DNA of 64,000 nt, from NCBI GenBank assembly GCA_029552985.1, contig JAKPDB010000176.1, forward strand, positions 64,798 to 128,797, read 5' to 3'. The stretch is from a bacterium. GTDB taxonomy: Bacteria > Ratteibacteria > UBA8468 > B48-G9 > DTJG01. Under the pieces are notes generated by a model. The model saw only the letters and a program-made list of their open reading frames with translations. It searched no databases and was not told the origin of the DNA. Shown piece after piece: positions 56,696-64,000 of the stretch (positions within the stretch are counted from its first letter, which is position 1; each line of letters starts with the position of its first letter). The position numbers were made by a program, and so were the translations under genes.

Positions 56696-57807
56696 TGGAA
56701 AGCAAAATCTCAACTCTTGCAAAAAAAAGTCTTGCATTTATTGAACCATATATACCAGGAAAACCTGCTGAAGTCCTTTTCAGAGAGAGGAAATTAGCAA
56801 AAATTGTGAAACTGGCTTCAAATGAAAACCCCCTTGGACCTTCTCCTGCAGCTGTTAAAGCACTGAAAAAAAGAATTTATGACATCAATCGGTATCCAGA
56901 AGGTTCTGCGTATCTTTTGAAAGAAAAACTTGCAGGAATGTTGAAGGTAAAAAGTAGCAATATCATTGTCGGAAGTGGTTCCAGTGAAATCATCAGTATG
57001 ACAATCCAGTCATTTTGCGAACCAGAAGATGAAATTATTTTCCCGCATCCTTCCTTTATCATTTATAAAATTCTCGCATACGCATTTGGAGTAAGGCCAG
57101 TACCAATCAACCTTAATAATAGTGACTTCTCATATAATCTTGATGCCTTTTTTAACAAAATTACGCCCAGGACAAAACTTATTATCCTTTGTAATCCCAA
57201 TAATCCCACAGGTTCTCACATAAGAAAAACACAGCTTGAACGTTTTTTAAGAAATATTCCGGATAGAATTCTTGTGCTATCAGATGAGGCATATATTGAA
57301 TATGCTGAAGACCCGGATTTTGGAAGTGCCCTGAAATGGATTAATAGAAAAAATGTCATAGTTGCCAGGACCTTTTCAAAAATATACGGACTTGCCGGAT
57401 TGAGAATCGGATACGGAATCTCTTCAGAAGACATCGTCGGAATTATGGAAAAAATCAGGCCCCCATTTAATACCAGTAGTTGCGCCCAACATGCAGCGCT
57501 TGCCGCATTAGACGATACCGAATTTGTAAGAAAATCTATCGAAAACAACAGAAAACAGAAACAATATCTGCTCAAACATTTAACAGAGATTGGATTTAGG
57601 GTATTTCCAAGTGAAGCAAATTTCTTATTTTGCAAATCCACTTATAATGCGGAACTTCTATGCAAAGAACTTGAAAAAAGGGGAATTATTATTCGTCCAA
57701 TGTCAGGATTTGGAATAAAAGACAATTTCCTACGAATAACAATTGGAAAACCTTCAGAAAATCGATTGTTGGTCAAGAATTTAAAAGAAATACTGGGAGG
57801 TGGATAA
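56695..57807 (+). CDS. hisC: Histidinol-phosphate aminotransferase
   Basis: Starts MESKISTLAK at ATG 56695, overlapping the trpS TGA. LASNENPLGPSP, NPNNPTG, and the PLP-Lys motif RTFSKIYGLAGLRIGY. The track ORF extends upstream inside trpS. Confidence 0.9.
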   Translation: MESKISTLAKKSLAFIEPYIPGKPAEVLFRERKLAKIVKLASNENPLGPSPAAVKALKKRIYDINRYPEGSAYLLKEKLAGMLKVKSSNIIVGSGSSEIISMTIQSFCEPEDEIIFPHPSFIIYKILAYAFGVRPVPINLNNSDFSYNLDAFFNKITPRTKLIILCNPNNPTGSHIRKTQLERFLRNIPDRILVLSDEAYIEYAEDPDFGSALKWINRKNVIVARTFSKIYGLAGLRIGYGISSEDIVGIMEKIRPPFNTSSCAQHAALAALDDTEFVRKSIENNRKQKQYLLKHLTEIGFRVFPSEANFLFCKSTYNAELLCKELEKRGIIIRPMSGFGIKDNFLRITIGKPSENRLLVKNLKEILGGG

Positions 57808-58550
57808 TGAAAAAACTTGGTGTAAACATCGACCATATTGCCACGCTAAGACAGGCAAGAAAAGGGCATTTCCCTGACCCTGTATTTGCTGCTGGAATAT
57901 GTGAAATAGCAGGGTGTGATTCAATTGTCTGCCATTTAAGAGAAGATAGGAGACACATCCAGGATAGGGATGTTTTTGCACTAAAGAATACAGTAAGAAG
58001 ACTGAATCTTGAAATGGCAATAAGCGAAGAAATCGTAAAAATTGCCATGCAAGTCCAGCCGGCCCAAGTAACGCTCGTACCTGAAAAAAGGGAAGAATTA
58101 ACAACTGAAGGTGGCCTTGATGTGTCATCGCACTTGAAAAGGGTCAAGGAAGTAATAGAACTTTTTCACGAAAAAGGAATCATTGTCAGCTTGTTTATAG
58201 AACCTGATTTTCAGCAGATCGAAGCCTCGAAAGAAGCAGGCACAGACGCTATAGAACTACATACTGGTAGATATGCAGAGTATTTTGAAAAAGACCAAGA
58301 CTGGGCATGGAACGAAGAACTTCAAAAAATTCGCAAAGCAGCTGAATTTGCAACTTCAACGGGTATAAAAACACACGCAGGCCACGGCCTCGACTACAGA
58401 AACATTTACCCGATATTAAACATCAAGCATATAGAGGAGTTCAATATTGGTTACAGCATCATATGCAGGGCTGTATTCACAGGTCTTCACCAGGCAGTAC
58501 GAGACATGGTAGAAATAATAAAAACAGGACAGAAACCCGATTTTCATTGA
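57807..58550 (+). CDS. pdxJ: Pyridoxine 5'-phosphate synthase
   Basis: LGVNIDHIATLRQAR, HLREDRRHI, VTLVPEKREELTTEGGLD, ELHTG, HAGHGL. Confidence 0.95.
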   Translation: MKKLGVNIDHIATLRQARKGHFPDPVFAAGICEIAGCDSIVCHLREDRRHIQDRDVFALKNTVRRLNLEMAISEEIVKIAMQVQPAQVTLVPEKREELTTEGGLDVSSHLKRVKEVIELFHEKGIIVSLFIEPDFQQIEASKEAGTDAIELHTGRYAEYFEKDQDWAWNEELQKIRKAAEFATSTGIKTHAGHGLDYRNIYPILNIKHIEEFNIGYSIICRAVFTGLHQAVRDMVEIIKTGQKPDFH

Positions 58551-58791
58551 ACCGAAAAACGATCTATCCCTAACCGGTAAAAGCAAAGCCAGCAAATCCC
58601 TCTAACAGGGAATTTATCAAATATAAGCACACAAGATATTGACAAAACGAGACATATGAAATCTAATGTCGCATAAGATATATTATGTTAACTTTTTATA
58701 CTGCTTAGGTTGCATGACTTTCAAAAGATGTCCACGAATTACGAAAAACTGAAAACGGAACTTGACTTAATACTTAATGTAAATTAAATAA

Positions 58792-59532
58792 TCATAACTT
58801 TTTGTCTTCCAGTATCTTATGTTTTAAGAAAAATCCCAAAAAAATCAGGGTAATCTCATAAAGAAAAATAAGAACACCAGCAATAATAGTCTGGGTTATC
58901 GCGTCTGTGGTTGGGGTAATGATTGCAGAAATTATAAAAGCACCCACATAGACAAATTTCCTCAATTTCTTCATTTGATCAATACTGATGATTCCAGAAA
59001 TTCCAAAAAAAGCCAGAACAACAGGCATCTGAAAAACAATACCAAGTGCAAGGACTATCCAAATAAAAAATGAAAGATAATATCCTATGGTCACCAGGGG
59101 AACCATCAAATTTTCTCCAAAAGCCAGGAGTATTTTTAGCCCCACAGGCACAATAAAATAATATCCTAATAGAATACCCACATAAAATAGTAATAATCCA
59201 GCACTCAAGGAAAATAAGAACAATTTTGCTTGTTCATTGCTAAGTGCTGGTTTTACAAATACATAGATTTGAAAAAACACAAAAGGACAGCTTAAAAGGA
59301 ACCCAAAAAAAAGCGTAAGTTTTATAACCGAGAAAAATGGCTCAACTGGAGAGACAAACACCGGGTTTTTTTGAAATATGCTCAGGGGCCTTATAACAAA
59401 CTTAAGTATTTGATTATTAAATACATAAACAATGATACAGCACAGAAAAAACCACAAAAGAATAAAAAGAATCCTACGCCTGAGCTCTTCAAGATGGTCA
59501 AAAAATGTCGCATCATGAGAATTCATTTTCAA
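58792..59532 (-). CDS. tatC: Twin-arginine translocase subunit TatC
   Basis: 246 aa, 6 TM. N-terminal FFDHLEELRRR motif. 4-nt overlap with tatA. Confidence 0.9.
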   Translation of the reverse strand: MKMNSHDATFFDHLEELRRRILFILLWFFLCCIIVYVFNNQILKFVIRPLSIFQKNPVFVSPVEPFFSVIKLTLFFGFLLSCPFVFFQIYVFVKPALSNEQAKLFLFSLSAGLLLFYVGILLGYYFIVPVGLKILLAFGENLMVPLVTIGYYLSFFIWIVLALGIVFQMPVVLAFFGISGIISIDQMKKLRKFVYVGAFIISAIITPTTDAITQTIIAGVLIFLYEITLIFLGFFLKHKILEDKKL

Positions 59533-59714
59533 TGCTCGCTCTTATCTTCTTTTTCCTCTTTTTCCTCAACTGCCTTTTCAACTTCCTTTAATCCTTTTCT
59601 GAACTCACCTATGGCTTTCCCAAATGCTCTTCCAATTTCAGGCAATCTTTTCGCACCAAACAAAAGTAAAATAATCAACCCTATCAGAACCAGTTCCTGA
59701 ACTCCAAGGTTCAT
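59529..59714 (-). CDS. tatA: Twin-arginine translocase subunit TatA/E
   Basis: 61 aa. LVLIGLIILLLFGAKRLPEIGRAFGKAIGEFRKG, then an acidic tail. Confidence 0.95.
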   Translation of the reverse strand: MNLGVQELVLIGLIILLLFGAKRLPEIGRAFGKAIGEFRKGLKEVEKAVEEKEEKEDKSEH

Positions 59715-59734
59715 AAAATCCTCCTTGTGAAGGT

Positions 59735-60325
59735 TTAATAATATTTGCCGTCTACTATATGAAACCTTCTTTCACCTGCTGTTGACACCCTAATTGCAGC
59801 ATCCTTTTTTGGCACAGGACAATTTTGTTCGCAGAGCCCGCATCCAACACAAATTCCAGGGTTAACAATCGGCCTGCCCTTTTCATCAAGGTATATAGCC
59901 TGAACCGGACAGAACTCGAGACATACAAGACATTCCTTTTTATGAGTCCACACAAGGCACTCCTGCTTATATATCATGGCTGTACCAATTTTTATTCTAT
60001 CCTGGTCCACAGTTCTTATTGCACCTGTAGGACATACCTTTGAGCAATTCTGACATAAAATACATCCCTTTTGTCTTGGAATGATCTCTGGTGTTGCCCA
60101 ATGATTTAGGGATTTTTTAATTTCCACCTGTTTCAGGCATCTCGATGGACACGTCCTTATACATTGTCCACATCTGATGCAAAACAAAGAAAATTTGTCC
60201 TCTTCAAGAGAACCAGGCGGACGTATGATTAATGATGAATTATTTCTCCCTGGTTTCATGAACCCCGGCAAAATAGCAAAAAAAATCGCGGAGCCGAGAG
60301 AAACAAGAAACTCCTTCCTATTCAT
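59735..60325 (-). CDS. NapG-like periplasmic polyferredoxin (four [4Fe-4S] motifs) with Tat-like signal
   Basis: N-terminus MNRKEFLVSLGSAIFFAIL. Cys clusters CIRCGQCIRTCP, CILCQNCSKVCP, CLVCLEFCP, CVGCGLCEQNCP. Confidence 0.75.
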   Translation of the reverse strand: MNRKEFLVSLGSAIFFAILPGFMKPGRNNSSLIIRPPGSLEEDKFSLFCIRCGQCIRTCPSRCLKQVEIKKSLNHWATPEIIPRQKGCILCQNCSKVCPTGAIRTVDQDRIKIGTAMIYKQECLVWTHKKECLVCLEFCPVQAIYLDEKGRPIVNPGICVGCGLCEQNCPVPKKDAAIRVSTAGERRFHIVDGKYY

Positions 60326-60944
60326 GCCTTTTCTTTGTTAACTTCCCTGTAAGTTTCTTTAATCTTATTTTTGTACCAGTAAGCGTGTAAAGCCTGCCAA
60401 GAGGGCAAAAACAATTACACCATAGTCGAGGAACCATAATAGCAGTGACAATGATAATTCCAAAAAACCCAACCCACAATTTCAATCTTGTTGCGGCCTG
60501 ACCCATAATGACAAAGGGATCAAAGACAAAACCTATAAAAGGTAATGAGAGAAAACCAGAAAATATAGCAGATAAAATCACAATCATTAAAATTATTAGG
60601 CCTCCATTCCTCAACCACTTTGGTATCAACAAGGTAATCTTCCATTGCTTTCTCAATGTAACCAGATTAAGATAATCAATGATGCCACCTAATGGGCAAA
60701 CCCACCAGCAAAAAAAGTTTCCAATTATCCCTATAAATAACAGAAATAGTATCCCGGGAAGCATGAGTAAACCAATAGTCCCTGTCATTATTATCACTGA
60801 AATTGTCAACAATCCATCTAACTGATAATAGATACTCAGTGGCAATTTTTCAGAGACAGGAAATGCCCCTGTTTTTTTCAAAAAGAAAAAAAACAAGAAA
60901 ATACTCAAAAACTGAACAAGTCTTCGTACAATGTTTTTTTTCAT
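60318..60944 (-). CDS. NapH/NosR/CcoG-type membrane protein with two CX3CP motifs (no C-terminal ferredoxin domain)
   Basis: 208 aa, ~5 TM. CWWVCPLG and CFCPLGRL motifs. Overlaps the downstream polyferredoxin gene by 8 nt. Confidence 0.7.
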   Translation of the reverse strand: MKKNIVRRLVQFLSIFLFFFFLKKTGAFPVSEKLPLSIYYQLDGLLTISVIIMTGTIGLLMLPGILFLLFIGIIGNFFCWWVCPLGGIIDYLNLVTLRKQWKITLLIPKWLRNGGLIILMIVILSAIFSGFLSLPFIGFVFDPFVIMGQAATRLKLWVGFFGIIIVTAIMVPRLWCNCFCPLGRLYTLTGTKIRLKKLTGKLTKKRHE

Positions 60945-60961
60945 AAAGTGACCTTGAAATT

Positions 60962-61858
60962 TTATACATAATTGACCTTTACCTTTGAAAGGTCTGATTC
61001 GCCAAGTCCCATTTTTCCCGCAATCTGAATGTGTCTGACCTCTAATGGATTGACCCCGAGAAGTGTCGCACCAAAGGCATCAAGAGCAACAAAATCAAAT
61101 CCTCCAAAGACCATTTTTGTTTCCTTCACTTCGCCAGGGCCCTGAGGTCCCCTTGTAAGAAGAATTCTTGTAGCATCAACAATTGTAATGGTAGGTTTTA
61201 AAAAAGATGAGATATCAGCAATACATTGATTAAGGTCTGTTCTATGAAAATATCCCCTATCTCTTACAGCACCCATCCAGTTTTTCATAGAAATTGTTAC
61301 TTTCGCCTCAGAGCCATGAACCTTTACAACCGGTACGTTAATAAGAACATCTGCGTCAAGGATATCCTCAAGGACATCTGCTTCTTTCAATACCACACCA
61401 GAAGGAATTGATACCTTCCTGAATTTTTCAGGACCATTCATAATGCCCCCGGCAGTTTCTACTGCTTGTCTAATTCCACTTTTCGTATAAGTTACCTGCC
61501 ATGGATTACAGGTAACATCAGTAACGATTACAGTTGATGCGCCTGCCTTTTTACTAAGATTAACAATTGTTCCAACAACATCTGGATGTGTGTTTGCTGC
61601 CTGCTCCGGACTTCTATTCCATGCTATATTCGGCTTTACTACAACCCTTGCGCCCTTTCTTACAAACCTCTCTATCCCACCAAGGGATTTTATAACTCTT
61701 GCAGTCAACTCTGAAGGACTTGCGTCCCTTGCAACAAAAATTTCTGACTTTTGCTCACTAGATTTTACTGGTCTGCCAGAAACTTTTGAGTACTTGGCCA
61801 GTATCAGTCCAGCAGCAGCGACAAGACTGGTTTTCAAAAATTCTTTTCTATCCATCAT
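60962..61858 (-). CDS. DUF362-domain protein with Tat-like signal peptide
   Basis: N-terminus MMDRKEFLKTSLVAAAGLILA. VVVKPNIAWNRSPEQAANTHPDVVGTIV is the pattern I associate with DUF362. RBS AAGGAG upstream. Confidence 0.65.
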   Translation of the reverse strand: MMDRKEFLKTSLVAAAGLILAKYSKVSGRPVKSSEQKSEIFVARDASPSELTARVIKSLGGIERFVRKGARVVVKPNIAWNRSPEQAANTHPDVVGTIVNLSKKAGASTVIVTDVTCNPWQVTYTKSGIRQAVETAGGIMNGPEKFRKVSIPSGVVLKEADVLEDILDADVLINVPVVKVHGSEAKVTISMKNWMGAVRDRGYFHRTDLNQCIADISSFLKPTITIVDATRILLTRGPQGPGEVKETKMVFGGFDFVALDAFGATLLGVNPLEVRHIQIAGKMGLGESDLSKVKVNYV

Positions 61859-61938
61859 TGCTCCTTTTTTATGATTATCAAATACTTACGTATTGAATAT
61901 TCAACCTTTTTCTTATCATGATAAACCGGCCGAAAAAC

Positions 61939-61967
61939 ATTATAACCGGCTTTTATGTACCTTGCAA
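61939..61967 (-). promoter_or_regulatory. Putative sigma70-type promoter of the DUF362-napH-napG-like-tatAC operon
   Basis: On the minus strand: TTGCAA (61967-61962), 17-nt spacer, TATAAT (61944-61939). This leaves a ~75-nt leader that carries three AT-rich palindromes. Confidence 0.5.
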
Positions 61968-62542
61968 GTTTTATTTTACAGAATCATACTTACAAGGACT
62001 TTTGAAATTAGACGATGATAACAGGTGATATATTTATCTATAAAGCTCGTAACATATCACAAAATTTAAACCCTCATTTTTATGAAAGCAGGGACAACCT
62101 TTTGTTCAGGGCCTTTTCAGTTTTTATTTTTTAATGCGTGCCTTTTTATTAAAAATAATAGTCAAGATACCTTGGTTGTTGATGACTGAAAACAGACCTT
62201 ATAGACATCGAAACTAAATGACATTTATAAATCACTTTTACAACAGGGCTAGACGCCCTGCCCTTTGGATAATTGGTTAGTGTTGGACTGTCTGTACATT
62301 TACGGAACATGGGCTCACAAAATCTCACCTGTACAATTTTAAGTCTTGCGATAAACAAAATATTCCAAATTCCCATTCGTTGTACCTTCCAGGGTACAAA
62401 AAGATTTGAAAATCAAAATAAGGATTCTGGAGGTTAAAAAGCAGGAGCCCATAATACAGGAAAAACAGAAGGCATAAACATCAATTCAAGAAAGGGTTCT
62501 TTCTACGCCATCTGTTATTAACTTCATAATTTCATAACTCCA

Positions 62543-64000
62543 TTATTTATTACGTGTCTTCTTTTTCCTGTGCTGTATACTTTTTATCTTCTCTTCCACC
62601 ACAGCTTGAGCGGCGGCATGTCTTGCAATACACACTCTGAATGGAGAACAGGATACATAGTCCATGCCAGCTCTGTGGCAGAATTTTACAGAATCAGGGT
62701 CTCCTCCATGTTCACCACAAATACCAACCTTTAGATTCTCACGTGTTGCCCTTCCCCTCTGTATGCCGATAGAAATCAATTCACCAATTCCCTCCTGGTC
62801 AATGGTCTGAAACGGGTCCGCAGGAAGAATTTTACCTGCAATATAGTCAGGAAGAAAACTTCCGATGTCATCTCTTGAAAAACCAAATCCCATTTGAGTA
62901 AGGTCATTTGTACCAAAAGAGAAAAATTCAGCAACTTCAGCCATTCTATCAGCAGTGAGGGCAGCCCTTGGAATCTCAATCATTGTACCAAACATATGCG
63001 GTATTTTCTTCATCCCAAATTTTGCACAAACCTCCTGATAAATACGGTCAAAAATTCTCTTTTGATGTGTAAGTTCTTCGACCGTACATGTTACTGGAAT
63101 CATGATTTCTGGCATTGCCTTTTTTCCATCTTTTATCAGCTCCGCCGCTGCCTCAAGGATAGATCTAAACTGCATTTCAGAGATTTCAGGATAAGTAATA
63201 CCGAGTCTGACCCCTCTATGGCCGAGCATTGGGTTGTTTTCTCGTAAAGATTCTGCCCTCCTCTTTAATTCACTGGCATCCACGTTCAGATCTTTTCCAA
63301 GAGCAAGTAGTTTTTCCTCGTCGTGGGGAACAAATTCATGAAGTGGCGGGTCAAGCAGGCGAATCGTGACCGGATATCCATTCATCACCTCAAGCGTGGC
63401 TTTTATATCATTCTTCATGTACGGGAATAATTCTTCCAGGGCAGCTCTTCGCTCTTCTTCTGTTTTGCTCATAATCATCTTTCTAAGCAAAAACAAAGGC
63501 TTATCGCTGCCTTCGCCATAAAACATGTGTTCTGTACGAAACAGCCCAATCCCTTCTGCGCCAAACTTGAGGGCTTTTTTTGCATCCTCAGGAGTGTCTG
63601 CATTAGCACGTACCTTCAATTTTCTTACCTTATCAACAATTTTCATAAAATATTGATAGGACTCGTTGTGGTCAAGATCTACATCAACAAGTGGCAAACT
63701 TCCCTGATACACAAGCCCTTTTGTGCCATTTAACGAAATCCAGCCTCCTTCATTGACCACTACACCACTCTTTGTTCGAAAAGATTTATTATCAGATGCA
63801 ATCTCAATATCTGAACATCCCACGATGCAACACTTCCCCCATCCTCTCGCTACAAGTGCTGCATGTGATGTCATACCTCCTTTGCTGGTAAGAATCGCCT
63901 CTGCCTTGTGCATACCATCCACATCTTCAGGTGAGGTCTCTTCCCTGACCAGAATCACCTTTTCACCACGTTGAGCCCATTCAACAGCATCTTTTGAAGT
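62543..64000 (-). CDS. ppdK: Pyruvate, phosphate dikinase, C-terminal ~480 aa (N-terminus lies beyond the window)
   Basis: Phosphohistidine domain EETSPEDVDGMHKAEAILTSKGGMTSHAALVARGWGKCCIVG and PEP/pyruvate TIM-barrel domain (GLFRTEHMF...FFSFGTNDLTQM...GICGEHGGDPDSV...YVSCSPFRV). The frame stays open upstream of the internal Met at 63958. Confidence 0.92.
   Translation of the reverse strand, partial: TSKDAVEWAQRGEKVILVREETSPEDVDGMHKAEAILTSKGGMTSHAALVARGWGKCCIVGCSDIEIASDNKSFRTKSGVVVNEGGWISLNGTKGLVYQGSLPLVDVDLDHNESYQYFMKIVDKVRKLKVRANADTPEDAKKALKFGAEGIGLFRTEHMFYGEGSDKPLFLLRKMIMSKTEEERRAALEELFPYMKNDIKATLEVMNGYPVTIRLLDPPLHEFVPHDEEKLLALGKDLNVDASELKRRAESLRENNPMLGHRGVRLGITYPEISEMQFRSILEAAAELIKDGKKAMPEIMIPVTCTVEELTHQKRIFDRIYQEVCAKFGMKKIPHMFGTMIEIPRAALTADRMAEVAEFFSFGTNDLTQMGFGFSRDDIGSFLPDYIAGKILPADPFQTIDQEGIGELISIGIQRGRATRENLKVGICGEHGGDPDSVKFCHRAGMDYVSCSPFRVCIARHAAAQAVVEEKIKSIQHRKKKTRNK

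Noticed and set aside
62149-62376. 75-aa minus-strand ORF in the large intergenic region
   Set aside because: It has no RBS and no recognisable domain, its composition is odd, and it lies in a region with several hairpins. The region is treated as non-coding but is flagged as unexplained.

Overview
This is a densely coding, AT-rich bacterial chromosomal segment with about 70 CDS, 2 tRNAs, 1 cobalamin riboswitch and no rRNA, CRISPR or obvious mobile element. All calls come from reading the sequence and ORF translations against remembered family motifs; no searches were run.

Housekeeping genes: hisG (partial), dxs, nadK, efp, rmlCABD, tolQ-tolR-tolA-tolB-pal, recG, pcm, ligA, a XerC/D recombinase, leuS, trpS, hisC, pdxJ, tatA/tatC and ppdK (partial).

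Envelope systems interleaved with them:
- A type IVa pilus cluster on the minus strand: pilB (frameshifted), pilC, pilA, pilM, pilN, pilO, a PilP-like::SPOR fusion, pilQ, two minor pilins and a PilX-like protein. pilD lies elsewhere in the window.
- A B12-riboswitch operon.
- A DUF362 / NapH-like / NapG-like redox module fused to tatAC.

The H-X9-DG prepilin-type protein, the many TPR proteins and the composition suggest a PVC-group or candidate-phylum (Omnitrophota-like) organism. That is a guess.

Most notable observations:
1. A GC-rich ~131-nt tandem array is grafted onto the 3' half of tRNA-Lys. Each unit re-creates the tRNA 3' end and carries a hairpin with an invariant loop and fully swapped stems.
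2. A cobalamin riboswitch operon opens with an H-X9-DG pseudopilin-like gene, followed by a stand-alone homocysteine methyltransferase domain and btuFCD-like genes, with no btuB.
3. A DUF362 - CX3CP membrane protein - polyferredoxin - tatA - tatC operon has two R-K variant Tat-like signal peptides.
4. An EF-P with Arg33 at the loop tip sits directly upstream of a complete dTDP-rhamnose pathway, with no EarP in view.
5. pilB is split by a 1-nt frame change in an A6 tract.
6. An unannotated 31-aa bS22-like basic peptide lies between hisG and the TPR lipoprotein gene.
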